Below are positions 18,375 through 26,835 of a stretch of 64,000 nt of DNA, one piece after another. The notes under the pieces are model-generated. The model was not told where the DNA came from. It ran no database searches and saw nothing but the letters and a program-made list of their open reading frames with translations. The position numbers and the translations under genes were made by a program. The stretch is from an uncultured bacterium (GTDB lineage Bacteria; CAZDME01; JAYEMH01). Where the stretch lies: NCBI GenBank assembly GCA_964506075.1, contig CAZDKO010000003.1:1510-65509 (forward strand), in the 5' to 3' direction. Positions within the stretch are counted from its first letter, which is position 1, and every line of letters begins with the position of its first letter.

Positions 18375-19484
18375 ATGAATGTATTACAGATGCTTCCCAA
18401 CCTTAATTTAGGCGGGGTAGAAAGAGGCACGGTTGATTTGGCCAAAGCTTTGGCAGAGGATAATCATCACGCGGTCATTATATCCAACGGGGGCGTGCTT
18501 CTTCAAGAATTAGAGGGGACAAAGGTTAAACATTATACTTTGCCGGTCCACCGAAAATCTTTTTTCTCTATATGGTCTCTTATTAAGCCGGTTAGACAGA
18601 TTATAAGAGAAGAAAAAATTGATATTGTTCACGCTCGTTCCCGTGTTCCGGCCTGGATTGGTTATTATGCCGCCCGGGCAGAAAATATCCCTTTTATTAC
18701 CACGGCACACGGGTTTTATAAAAATCACTGGGGTAGCCGGGTAATGGTTTTTGGCAAACGGGTAATTGTGGTCAGTTCCCCTCTAAAGAACTATATGAAG
18801 TTAAATTTTAAGGTTCCGGAAGAAAAATTAAGACTCATCCATCGCGGTGTTGACTTTAATAAGGAATTATTGTCTCGGGGTGAAACAGACAGTCTTTTGA
18901 AATTAAGAAAGGATTTAGCCGGTAGCGCAAAAAATTTAGTGGGTGTGATTGGCCGCCTGACGCCGCGAAAAGGACATTTTTTCTTTATTGAAGCCTTGGC
19001 CCGGTTAAAGAAAAGTAATTTTCCTTTCCGCGCCTTAATTGTCGGTGAAGCAGAAAAAGAAAAGTTTTTAAGACAACTTAAAGAAAAGGTTAAAAAAGAA
19101 AATCTTGAAAACGAAATAATTTTTACCGGTAGAAGAAATGATATCCCTCAGATTTTGTCAATTTTAGACTTGCTGGTTTTCCCTTCGGTAGAACCGGAAT
19201 CTTTCGGCCGGGTAGTGGTAGAGGCGTTGGCTTTAGGAAAACCGGTTGTCGCCACTAATCTCGGCGGGATAAAAGATATCATTGAAGACGAGATTAACGG
19301 CCGGTTAGTGGCGCCCGATGATGTTTTGAGTTTAGTCGAAGCTATAAGCTGGATGCTTGAGCATAAAGAAGAAGCGCAACTTCTATCCCAAAGAGGGAAA
19401 GATAAAGTTTTAAAAGAATTCAATTTTGGGAAAATGTATCAGGAAACGCTTAAGGTCTATCGGGAATGTTTAAAGGAACGATAA
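18375..19484 (+). CDS. Family 4 (GT-B) glycosyltransferase
   Basis: MLPNLNLGGVERGTVDLAKAL at the N-terminus and EPESFGRVVVEALALGKPVVATNLGGIKDII as the E-x7-E region. Confidence 0.85.
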   Translation: MNVLQMLPNLNLGGVERGTVDLAKALAEDNHHAVIISNGGVLLQELEGTKVKHYTLPVHRKSFFSIWSLIKPVRQIIREEKIDIVHARSRVPAWIGYYAARAENIPFITTAHGFYKNHWGSRVMVFGKRVIVVSSPLKNYMKLNFKVPEEKLRLIHRGVDFNKELLSRGETDSLLKLRKDLAGSAKNLVGVIGRLTPRKGHFFFIEALARLKKSNFPFRALIVGEAEKEKFLRQLKEKVKKENLENEIIFTGRRNDIPQILSILDLLVFPSVEPESFGRVVVEALALGKPVVATNLGGIKDIIEDEINGRLVAPDDVLSLVEAISWMLEHKEEAQLLSQRGKDKVLKEFNFGKMYQETLKVYRECLKER

Positions 19485-20461
19485 AAAAAATTCTTATAAT
19501 CAAATGGAGCGCTCTTGGGGATATAATTTTGATTACGCCTGCTCTTAGAGTAATCAGAGAACATTTCCCTGAAGCGAAGATTTTTCTTCTAACCAAAAAA
19601 GAATATCAGGATTTATTAAAGCCGCTCCATTATATTGACAGTTTTATAGATTTTGAAAAATCGGAATGGAAAGGTTTAATCCCGGAGTTAAAAAAGGAAA
19701 GCTTTGATTTAAGTATTGATTTCCAGAATACCTGGCTCAGCCATCTTCTGGTTTTTTTAAGCGGCGTAAAAAACAGGGTCGGTTATAAAAGAAAAGGGGG
19801 AGGGGCTTTTTTAAACATCGCTGCTTTTGAGCCTAAAGGAATAAAAAATCCGGTAGAACATCAAGCCCACCTTTTATCAAAAATCGGGATTGATTTAACC
19901 GATTATTCTCTGGAGTGCCGGGGGGCCTCCATTCAGACGTCTTTTAATCTTAGTAAGCCTTACATCGTTATCCTGCCGGGGGCAGGGAAAGGGTGGGAGA
20001 CAAAATGCTGGGGTGAATCTTCTTTTGCCCGGTTAGCTGATACCTTAATAGATAAATACGGTTATTCCGTAGTGTTCCTCGGCGAAATCAGGGAGAAAGA
20101 GAAAATTTCGCGGATTAAAAAATTAATGAGAGAAAGAGCCGAAGACCTATCCGGGAAAACGGATTTGAAAGAGTTGGCCGGGGTATTAAAAGAAAGCGCT
20201 TTATTCATCACCCATGACACCGGCCCGATGCATCTGGCCCAGGCTTTAAAAGTTCCTACTGTTGCTCTTTTTGGTCCGACTGATCCCCGGCGCCATACCG
20301 TTCCTTCAACTAATTTGTTTATTGTAAAAAAAAGTCTTGCCTGCCAGCCCTGCTATCGCCGGGATTGCTCCCATCAGCAGTGCCTGCAGTTGATCGAGGT
20401 AAAAGAAGTATTAGAGGTAGTATCTAACGTGTTAAATGAAAGGATAGACAACTTAAAGTGA
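19466..20461 (+). CDS. GT9 heptosyltransferase-family protein (paralog 1)
   Basis: ILIIKWSALGDIILITPALRVIREHFP, THDTGPMHLAQAL, and a C-terminal CQPCYRRDCSHQQC motif. It overlaps the upstream GT4 gene by 19 nt. Confidence 0.85.
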   Translation: MFKGTIKKILIIKWSALGDIILITPALRVIREHFPEAKIFLLTKKEYQDLLKPLHYIDSFIDFEKSEWKGLIPELKKESFDLSIDFQNTWLSHLLVFLSGVKNRVGYKRKGGGAFLNIAAFEPKGIKNPVEHQAHLLSKIGIDLTDYSLECRGASIQTSFNLSKPYIVILPGAGKGWETKCWGESSFARLADTLIDKYGYSVVFLGEIREKEKISRIKKLMRERAEDLSGKTDLKELAGVLKESALFITHDTGPMHLAQALKVPTVALFGPTDPRRHTVPSTNLFIVKKSLACQPCYRRDCSHQQCLQLIEVKEVLEVVSNVLNERIDNLK

Positions 20462-21537
20462 AAATATTACACCTGACTACTCATCTTAACCGCGGGGGAA
20501 TTACCTCTTATATTTATAGTTTATCCAGGGCGTTAGTAAAAAAGGGGCATCGGCTTTTTGTCGGTTCAAGCGGCGGCAATTGTATCCGGGAATTTGATAA
20601 AAACGGAATTAAACATCTTGCCCTTCCGATAAATACCAAATCAGAATTAAGTCCCAAACTCTGGTTTACCACCCGGCGTCTAAAAGAAATTTTAAAAGAA
20701 GAAAAAATTGATATTTTACATACCCATACCAGGGTAGCTCATTGTGTCGGGTGGAGGATATACCGGAGAGGTTTGGCTCATTGGCTTACAACCGCGCATG
20801 GTTATTATAAGACCCGGTGGGGAAGAATAATTTTTCCCGCCTGGGGGGAAGTTACCATTGCTATCAGTCCGGCGGTCAAAGACCATTTGTTAAATGATTT
20901 TAAATTGCCGGAAGAGAAGGTGAAAATGATATTTACCGGCATAGACTTAGAAAGATTTCATCCGGAGACTGCGGAACAGGATAAATTATATCGGCAAAAA
21001 TTCGGTTTAAATGGCGTGATTACGGTGGGAATGATTGGCCGCCTTTCTCCGGAAAAAGGGCATCGTTTTTTTTTAGAGGCGGCCCGAAGTATAAACGAGC
21101 CGGATGTAAAATTTCTGGTTGTCGGGAGTGGCAGAGGTCGTTTACGGAAAGAATTAGCGCCTTTTTTAAACGATAAAAAATTTATCTGGATAGACTACCT
21201 GGATAGTCTTAATGCTTTAAAGCTTATAGATATATTTGTGCAGCCATCTCTTCAGGAAGGTTTGGGTATTGCCCTGCTTGAAGCCATGGCCTGTGGCAAA
21301 GCTGTCGTTGCCAGTAAGGTTGGAGGAATTCCTTCGGTTATAAGCAATGGTAAAGACGGTCTATTGGTCCCTCCGGGGGAGAGAGAGAATTTAATTGAGT
21401 CCATATTAAAACTGGTGAAAGATAAAGATTATAGAAGGTTACTGGGAGAAGCGGGTCGACGGAAGACGGAAGAAAAATTCGACGTCAGGAAGATGGCTGA
21501 GGAGATAGAAGGGGTATATGAAGAACTTTTGAAATAG
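20458..21537 (+). CDS. Family 4 (GT-B) glycosyltransferase
   Basis: GTG start. ILHLTTHLNRGGITSYI and QEGLGIALLEAMACGKAVVASKVGGIPSVI. It has a 4-nt overlap with the previous gene. Confidence 0.85.
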   Translation: MKILHLTTHLNRGGITSYIYSLSRALVKKGHRLFVGSSGGNCIREFDKNGIKHLALPINTKSELSPKLWFTTRRLKEILKEEKIDILHTHTRVAHCVGWRIYRRGLAHWLTTAHGYYKTRWGRIIFPAWGEVTIAISPAVKDHLLNDFKLPEEKVKMIFTGIDLERFHPETAEQDKLYRQKFGLNGVITVGMIGRLSPEKGHRFFLEAARSINEPDVKFLVVGSGRGRLRKELAPFLNDKKFIWIDYLDSLNALKLIDIFVQPSLQEGLGIALLEAMACGKAVVASKVGGIPSVISNGKDGLLVPPGERENLIESILKLVKDKDYRRLLGEAGRRKTEEKFDVRKMAEEIEGVYEELLK

Positions 21538-21592
21538 TTAACCGGGTAGTCGGTTAGCTGGTTAGCCAGTTATCCTGTTTACCGGTTGCCCA

Positions 21593-21649
21593 AGATTACA
21601 GAAAACGCCCGTCTGCCAGCGGGCAGGGAGTACAGATTACAGAAAAAAC
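21593..21649 (+). repeat. 13-bp direct repeat (AGATTACAGAAAA) flanking a GC-rich mini-hairpin
   Basis: Repeat copies lie at 21593-21605 and 21634-21646. Between them is CGCCCGTCTGCCAGCGGGCAGGGAG, in which CCC..TGCC pairs with GGCA GGG. The architecture matches 18107-18180, and the two share the words GTCT(G/A)CC and CAGGGAG. Confidence 0.75.
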
Positions 21650-21686
21650 AAAAATAAATTTCAGATTAAAAATTATAATTGTTCCC

Positions 21687-21729
21687 AACCTGTTCCAAAA
21701 CCTGTTCCAATGCGGGTTTGGAACAGGTT
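21687..21729 (+). repeat. 12-bp unit AACCTGTTCCAA: two tandem direct copies plus one inverted copy (perfect 12-bp hairpin)
   Basis: Direct copies lie at 21687-21698 and 21699-21710. The inverted copy TTGGAACAGGTT is at 21718-21729, and the loop is TGCGGGT. The structure ends 12 nt before ATG 21742. Confidence 0.9.
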
Positions 21730-21741
21730 AACTGATTGCAA

Positions 21742-22791
21742 ATGAAAGAATTAAAAAATATAGAAATTAAAAAGATCCTGGTTGTGGCGGGATTTCCCGG
21801 CCTGGGAGATTTAATGGTAGCGGTGCCGGTAATGCGCGCGCTTAAAGAGACTTTTCCGGAGGCAAAGGTTTATTTAACCTTGCGAAACAAAAAAAATCAA
21901 CTGGAAATTTTGAAAAACAATCCCTATATTGATAAAATAATTATTTTTGATAAAAAAGCTAAGTCACCCCAGATACTTAAAAGTTTAAAGCTCCTTAAAG
22001 AATGGAAAAAAGAATGTTTTGATGTAATCGTTATTCTCCATCACGCCCGGAGATACGCTCTTTTATCCTGGCTTGCCGGCGGGAAAATTCGCCTGGGTTA
22101 TAATACTAAAGGCTGGTGTTTTTTCCTGAATAATGTTTATCAGGCCGATCCTTTCAAGCATGAAACGGAAAATCTTCTTGAGGTAATTAAACCTCTGGGC
22201 GTTAAAACTGAAAATATGGCTCTGGAATTATGGCTTGAAGGACAGGAAAGAGAAAAGATAGCCGGATGGCTTGAAGGGAAAAACATATTGAATTTTATTG
22301 TTATTCATCCCTCCGGCGGCTGGTGGGGAAGACGGTGGCCGAAAGAAAATTATGCCAAGCTGGCTGATTATTTTATCGGAAATTTTCCCGTTCAAATAGT
22401 TTTTACCGGAAATTCTGCCGAAAAAAGAGATATAGAAGAGATTATCTCTTTAATGAGAGAGAAAGCGTTTATGGCTTGCGGTGAATTTACCGTGCGGGAG
22501 TTAGCTTGTTTATATGAAAAGGCTCTTCTTTTTATCGGTACCGATACCGGCGCCATGCATATTGCCTCAGCGGTTAATCTACCCAGTTTGGTAATGTTCG
22601 GACCTCAGGATCCCCGCCGGTGGAAAGCCCGGAACGAAAGTTCAAAGATAATCTACAAGCATCTGGATTGCAGTCCCTGTCCGCAGAGGTGTCGCCGGGG
22701 AAGAAATATTTGTATGGAGAAAATTAGTGTCAAAGATATTATAACGCTTGCCGGAGAAATGATAAAAGAATTAAAACCAAAAAGTAGTTAA
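21742..22791 (+). CDS. GT9 heptosyltransferase-family protein (paralog 2)
   Basis: ILVVAGFPGLGDLMVAVPVMRALKETFP, GTDTGAMHIASAV and CSPCPQRC. I prefer ATG 21742 over the ORF-track TTG at 21736. There is no obvious SD sequence. Confidence 0.8.
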   Translation: MKELKNIEIKKILVVAGFPGLGDLMVAVPVMRALKETFPEAKVYLTLRNKKNQLEILKNNPYIDKIIIFDKKAKSPQILKSLKLLKEWKKECFDVIVILHHARRYALLSWLAGGKIRLGYNTKGWCFFLNNVYQADPFKHETENLLEVIKPLGVKTENMALELWLEGQEREKIAGWLEGKNILNFIVIHPSGGWWGRRWPKENYAKLADYFIGNFPVQIVFTGNSAEKRDIEEIISLMREKAFMACGEFTVRELACLYEKALLFIGTDTGAMHIASAVNLPSLVMFGPQDPRRWKARNESSKIIYKHLDCSPCPQRCRRGRNICMEKISVKDIITLAGEMIKELKPKSS

Positions 22792-22820
22792 ATCATCTTT
22801 ATATTCTGCAATCTTTAAAC

Positions 22821-23792
22821 ATGAAAGATATAAATAACATTCTTATCGTCAGTCTCAGTAATATCGGAGATGTGATTTTAACTCTTCCTGTGGCCGGAGC
22901 CCTCCGGGAAGAATACCCCCGGGCAAAAATTTCTATTCTGGTAGGAGTTAAAGGTTATCAGGTGGTTAAAAATAATCCGGAATTCCATGAAGTTTTCATC
23001 TATGATAAAAGTATAACCTTAAAGGAGAAAATATCGTTCATCCGGAAGTTAAGAAGTAAAAAATACGAGCTGGCAATTGACCTGAGGCACAGTCTCTTTC
23101 CTTTATTTATCGGGGCAAAATACCATACCCCTCTTTTAATGAGAGAAATTAACCCTAAAGAACACCGCGTCAAAAAGCATCTGCGCAGTTTAGAAAAATT
23201 AGGAATAAAAACGGAAAAGCCAAAATTCCCTTTTTACGTTTCACCTTTTGCCCAAAAGAGAGTCAAGGAGAAATTAGGGGAAAACATCAATAAAGATGTA
23301 ATTGTTGTTAATCCGACAGCCGCCAGTCATTTAAAATGCTGGGGGGATGATTGTTTTTTATCCCTGGCCGAGAAGATAAAAGAAGTTTTTAATCCCACTA
23401 TTATTTTTATAGGAGGGAAAGAAGAGATAGATAAAGAGAAATGTAAAAAAATTTCAAACCGGGTAAAGGGGAGTATCAATCTTTGCGGCGAGCTGGAACT
23501 GGAGGAATTAGCGGCGCTTCTTAAGGTCGCTAAAATATTTATCACCAATGATAGCGGACCTTTACATTTAGCCAGCGCTTTAAATGTTCCGACCCTGGCG
23601 ATATTCGGCCCGACAGACGCCTTAAAATACGGGCCGCTTAGTTTTTGGAACCGGGTGGTCAGGAAAAATCTATCCTGTTCACCCTGTGAATTGGCCCAAT
23701 GCCCCAGGGAACATGAATGTATGAAATTAATTTCGGTTGAGGATGTTTTTTCTGCTTTTAAAGAGCTTTTTAATGAGAGAAAAAGTGCCTGA
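22821..23792 (+). CDS. GT9 heptosyltransferase-family protein (paralog 3)
   Basis: ILIVSLSNIGDVILTLPVAGALREEYP, TNDSGPLHLASAL and CSPCELAQCPREHEC. Confidence 0.85.
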   Translation: MKDINNILIVSLSNIGDVILTLPVAGALREEYPRAKISILVGVKGYQVVKNNPEFHEVFIYDKSITLKEKISFIRKLRSKKYELAIDLRHSLFPLFIGAKYHTPLLMREINPKEHRVKKHLRSLEKLGIKTEKPKFPFYVSPFAQKRVKEKLGENINKDVIVVNPTAASHLKCWGDDCFLSLAEKIKEVFNPTIIFIGGKEEIDKEKCKKISNRVKGSINLCGELELEELAALLKVAKIFITNDSGPLHLASALNVPTLAIFGPTDALKYGPLSFWNRVVRKNLSCSPCELAQCPREHECMKLISVEDVFSAFKELFNERKSA

Positions 23793-24819
23793 AAAAATTC
23801 TTTTAGTGCGTACCGACAGAATCGGTGACGTGGTTTTAACCACGCCGGCCATCAGGGCGTTACGGAAGCATTTTCCCGCCAGTTACCTGGCGATGATGGT
23901 TCAGCCTTATACCGCCGGCCTGATAAAAAATAATCCTTATTTAAACGAAGTAATTATTTATGATAAAAAAGGCAAACATAAAAGTATCCTGTCCAGCTTA
24001 AAATTTGCCGGTGAGTTGGCCAGGAAAAAGTTTGACCTGGTTTTTATTTTTCATCCCACCAACCGGGTGAATATTATCACCTTTTTAGCCGGTATTCCGG
24101 AGAGAATCGGCTATAATAGAAAATTCGGTTTTTTGCTTACCCGGAAAATTAAAGATGAAAAATATAAGGGAGAAAAACACGAAATAGAGTATAATTTAGA
24201 GGTTATAAAAGCCCGGAGAGTAGATGCTTCGGATAAGGAACCGGAGATTTTCTTAAGTGATGAAGATAAACGTTATGCGGAAATATTTTTGAAGGAGAAT
24301 CAACTTAACGGTAATGTTCCTTTAGTCGTTCTTCAACCCGGAGCCAGTTGCCCTTCTAGAAGATGGCCGGTTGAAAATTTTGCTGAGGTGGGGATGAAGT
24401 TAAAAGAAGTTTGCCCGATAAATTTTATGATAATCGGAAGCGACGAGGAATCTTATCTATTGGAAGAATTAAAAAAACTTCTGGGAGGAAAAGCTATTGT
24501 TGTTCAAGGGATGGATTTAGGAAAAGTGGCGGCTATTTTTAAAAAAGTGGACCTGTTTATCTCCACTGATAGCGGTCCGGCTCATATTGCGGCGGCGGTA
24601 AAAACGCCGGGTATCGTCATTTTCGGCCGGAAGCAGCCCGGTCTCTCCCCCCGGCGCTGGGGGCCGTGGGGAAATAACCAGGTGGTTTTTCATAAGGACG
24701 TCGGCTGCGATACCTGTCTGGCGCATAATTGCGATAAAGGATTTAAATGTCTTAAAGCGGTTACGCCTCAGGAAGTTTTTAAAGCCGCCCAGAACATTAT
24801 GGAGAGGAAGAATGACTAA
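23773..24819 (+). CDS. GT9 heptosyltransferase-family protein (paralog 4)
   Basis: ILLVRTDRIGDVVLTTPAIRALRKHFP, STDSGPAHIAAAV and CDTCLAHNCDKGFKC. I prefer the ATG at 23773 (MREKVPEK...). The ORF-track start at 23737 adds a non-homologous extension. Confidence 0.82.
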   Translation: MREKVPEKILLVRTDRIGDVVLTTPAIRALRKHFPASYLAMMVQPYTAGLIKNNPYLNEVIIYDKKGKHKSILSSLKFAGELARKKFDLVFIFHPTNRVNIITFLAGIPERIGYNRKFGFLLTRKIKDEKYKGEKHEIEYNLEVIKARRVDASDKEPEIFLSDEDKRYAEIFLKENQLNGNVPLVVLQPGASCPSRRWPVENFAEVGMKLKEVCPINFMIIGSDEESYLLEELKKLLGGKAIVVQGMDLGKVAAIFKKVDLFISTDSGPAHIAAAVKTPGIVIFGRKQPGLSPRRWGPWGNNQVVFHKDVGCDTCLAHNCDKGFKCLKAVTPQEVFKAAQNIMERKND

Positions 24820-25561
24820 AGTTTCTATAGTAGTGATTACTAAAAACGAAGAAAAGAATATAACTGATTGTTTAAAAAGTGCCGGGTGGGCTGATGAAAT
24901 AATTGTGGTTGATGATGAAAGCGGGGATAAAACAGTGGAGATTGCCCGCCGTTTTACCGACAAAGTTTTTATTCGGAAAATGGAAAACGAAGGCCGCCAT
25001 CGTAACCGGGCTTACGAAGAGGCCGCCGGGGAATGGATTTTAAGTCTTGATGCGGATGAACGGGTGAGTCCTGAGTTGGCTGAAGAGATAAGGGAGGTTT
25101 TAGAAAGGAAAGAAAATTACGCCGGTTACGCCATTCCTATCAAAACCTATATAGGCAAACGCTGGATAAGATACGGAGGCTGGTATCCGGCCGGGAAACT
25201 GCGCCTTTTCAAAAAGGGTAAATTTCGCTATGAGGAGTCTGAGGTTCATCCCCGGATATATCTTGAGGGAGAGTCCCGTATTCTTAAAGGGGATATTATT
25301 CATTACGGATATAGAAACCTTAACCATTTCTTTTCCAGCCTGAATTCCCAGACAACCCTGGAGGCGGAAAAATGGTTCCGGGAGAAAAGAGTCATTTCTT
25401 TTTCCACACTTTGCCGCAAGATGATTGACCGGTTCCTGCGCCGTTTCCTTTTTAAAAAAGGATATAAAGACGGTTTTATGGGAGTGATCATAGCTTTTTC
25501 TGATTCCCTTTATCAGTTTTTGAGTTTTGCCAAGTATTGGGAAAGAAAGCAGCAAGATTGA
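24812..25561 (+). CDS. Family 2 (GT-A) glycosyltransferase
   Basis: VSIVVITKNEEKNITDCLKSAGWADEIIVVDDESGDKT and LSLDADERV (a DxD-type motif). It overlaps the previous gene by 8 nt. Confidence 0.85.
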   Translation: MTKVSIVVITKNEEKNITDCLKSAGWADEIIVVDDESGDKTVEIARRFTDKVFIRKMENEGRHRNRAYEEAAGEWILSLDADERVSPELAEEIREVLERKENYAGYAIPIKTYIGKRWIRYGGWYPAGKLRLFKKGKFRYEESEVHPRIYLEGESRILKGDIIHYGYRNLNHFFSSLNSQTTLEAEKWFREKRVISFSTLCRKMIDRFLRRFLFKKGYKDGFMGVIIAFSDSLYQFLSFAKYWERKQQD

Positions 25562-25600
25562 ATATAAGGTAATCTTTCCCTTCAGAAAGAGAGACGGAAA

Positions 25601-26038
25601 ATGAAAAAGAAATTCAAAGGTAAAATTGAGGAGATGAGTGTTGAGGATATAAAAAGGCAGGAGCTGGTTGTAAAAAAACTTAATCTGGCGCAAATAAGAA
25701 TGATCGACTTTCTCTATGGAGAGGATGAAGAAGTCTCTTATGAATATCCGGAATTAACCGCTCTTTGTCCGATGACCGGACTGCCGGATTTTTACACGGT
25801 CAGGATTATTTATATTCCGGATAAGAAAATTCCCGAACTAAAGAGTTTAAGATTTTATTTTTTAGCTTACCGGGACATACCTATTCTACACGAGCATCTG
25901 GCCAGTAAAATTTTTGAAGATTTCCGGAAAGCAGTCAATCCGAAGAAATTAAGGGTGGAACTTGATGTAGCTGTCCGGGGAGGGATAAAGACCAAAATCA
26001 TTAAAGAGAAGGAGAAGAAAAATGGTCCTGGAAGTTAA
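25601..26038 (+). CDS. queF: NADPH-dependent 7-cyano-7-deazaguanine (preQ0) reductase QueF, type I
   Basis: YPELTALCPMTGLPDFYTVRIIYIPDKKIPELKSLRFYF carries the catalytic Cys and the QueF motif. HEHLASKIFEDF is also present. Confidence 0.88.
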   Translation: MKKKFKGKIEEMSVEDIKRQELVVKKLNLAQIRMIDFLYGEDEEVSYEYPELTALCPMTGLPDFYTVRIIYIPDKKIPELKSLRFYFLAYRDIPILHEHLASKIFEDFRKAVNPKKLRVELDVAVRGGIKTKIIKEKEKKNGPGS

Positions 26039-26339
26039 TGATAAAGATTTTAAAGAGGAGGTTCTTAATTCAAATATTCCGGTTCTGGTTGATTTCTGGG
26101 CTTCCTGGTGCCGCCCGTGTTTAGCGATGGCCCCGGTCATTGAAGAGATGGCGGAAACTTATAAAGGCCGGTTAAAGGTTTGCAAGTTAAACGTTGATGA
26201 ATCTCAGGAAACGGCCATAGAATACGGCATTATGAGTATACCGACGCTGACTATTTTTAAAAACGGAGAGGTTGTTGATAGCATCACCGGAGTAACTTCT
26301 AAAGAAACTCTTCAGGTAAAAATAAATTCTTGTTTATAA
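26022..26339 (+). CDS. trxA: Thioredoxin (atypical WCRPC active site)
   Basis: VLVDFWASWCRPCLAMAPVIEE and MSIPTLTIFKNGE, 105 aa. It overlaps queF by 17 nt. Confidence 0.88.
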   Translation: MVLEVNDKDFKEEVLNSNIPVLVDFWASWCRPCLAMAPVIEEMAETYKGRLKVCKLNVDESQETAIEYGIMSIPTLTIFKNGEVVDSITGVTSKETLQVKINSCL

Positions 26340-26407
26340 AAGGTAAAACAATTAAAGCGGGGCAGATTTAACCTGCTTTAACGGGTTAAGGGAAGGGAGA
26401 TATCAAA

Positions 26408-26773
26408 ATGAGATTAAGAGAAGTGCTTAAGTCAAAAATTCATAAAGCGGTAATTACCAGAACCGAGCTTGATTATCAGGGCAGTATTGGTATTGATAAA
26501 AAGATCTTAAAAAAAACTGATATCTCACCGGGAGAAAAGGTTCAGGTTTTAAATTTTGATAACGGGATGAGGTTTGAGACCTACGTCATAGAAGAAAAAG
26601 AAAATTCGGGTAATTTTATTCTTTACGGACCGGCGGCCAGATGCGGGAAAGAGGGAGACAGAATCTGTGTTATTTCCTATTCTTTAGTTACTGACGATGA
26701 ATTAGACGGAGTGGAAGCAAAGGTGGTTTTTCTGAATGAGCATAATAAAATTATTGAAAACAAAAAAGATTAG
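26408..26773 (+). CDS. panD: Aspartate 1-decarboxylase PanD
   Basis: LKSKIHKAVITRTELDYQGSIGID carries the self-processing G-S site. ETYVI and a length of about 120 aa also fit. Confidence 0.92.
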   Translation: MRLREVLKSKIHKAVITRTELDYQGSIGIDKKILKKTDISPGEKVQVLNFDNGMRFETYVIEEKENSGNFILYGPAARCGKEGDRICVISYSLVTDDELDGVEAKVVFLNEHNKIIENKKD

Positions 26774-26835
26774 GGCTTTTATTGCCGAAAAATAATCATA
26801 AGAATATAAATTATAACGGAGAATAAAAACATAGA

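Noticed and set aside
19483-19490. An A8 homopolymer at codons 6-8 of the first GT9 gene, and another A8 at 20326-20333, considered as slipped-strand phase-variation tracts.
   Set aside because: A7-A8 runs are frequent throughout this AT-rich window, including in housekeeping genes and spacers. They are not specifically enriched in the glycosyltransferases, and nothing in a single sequence shows length variation.
25100-25693. A 197-aa minus-strand ORF, and the many other antisense or alternate-frame ORFs in the track. Examples are 24517-24963, 16999-17421, 29329-29730, 34752-35138, 48057-48443, 51764-52105, 53339-53659, 12409-12621 and 16617-16820.
   Set aside because: Each lies entirely inside, or opposite, a strongly supported conserved gene. 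Their translations are low-complexity with no recognisable motif, and none has a convincing SD sequence. They are the expected by-products of AT-rich coding sequence.
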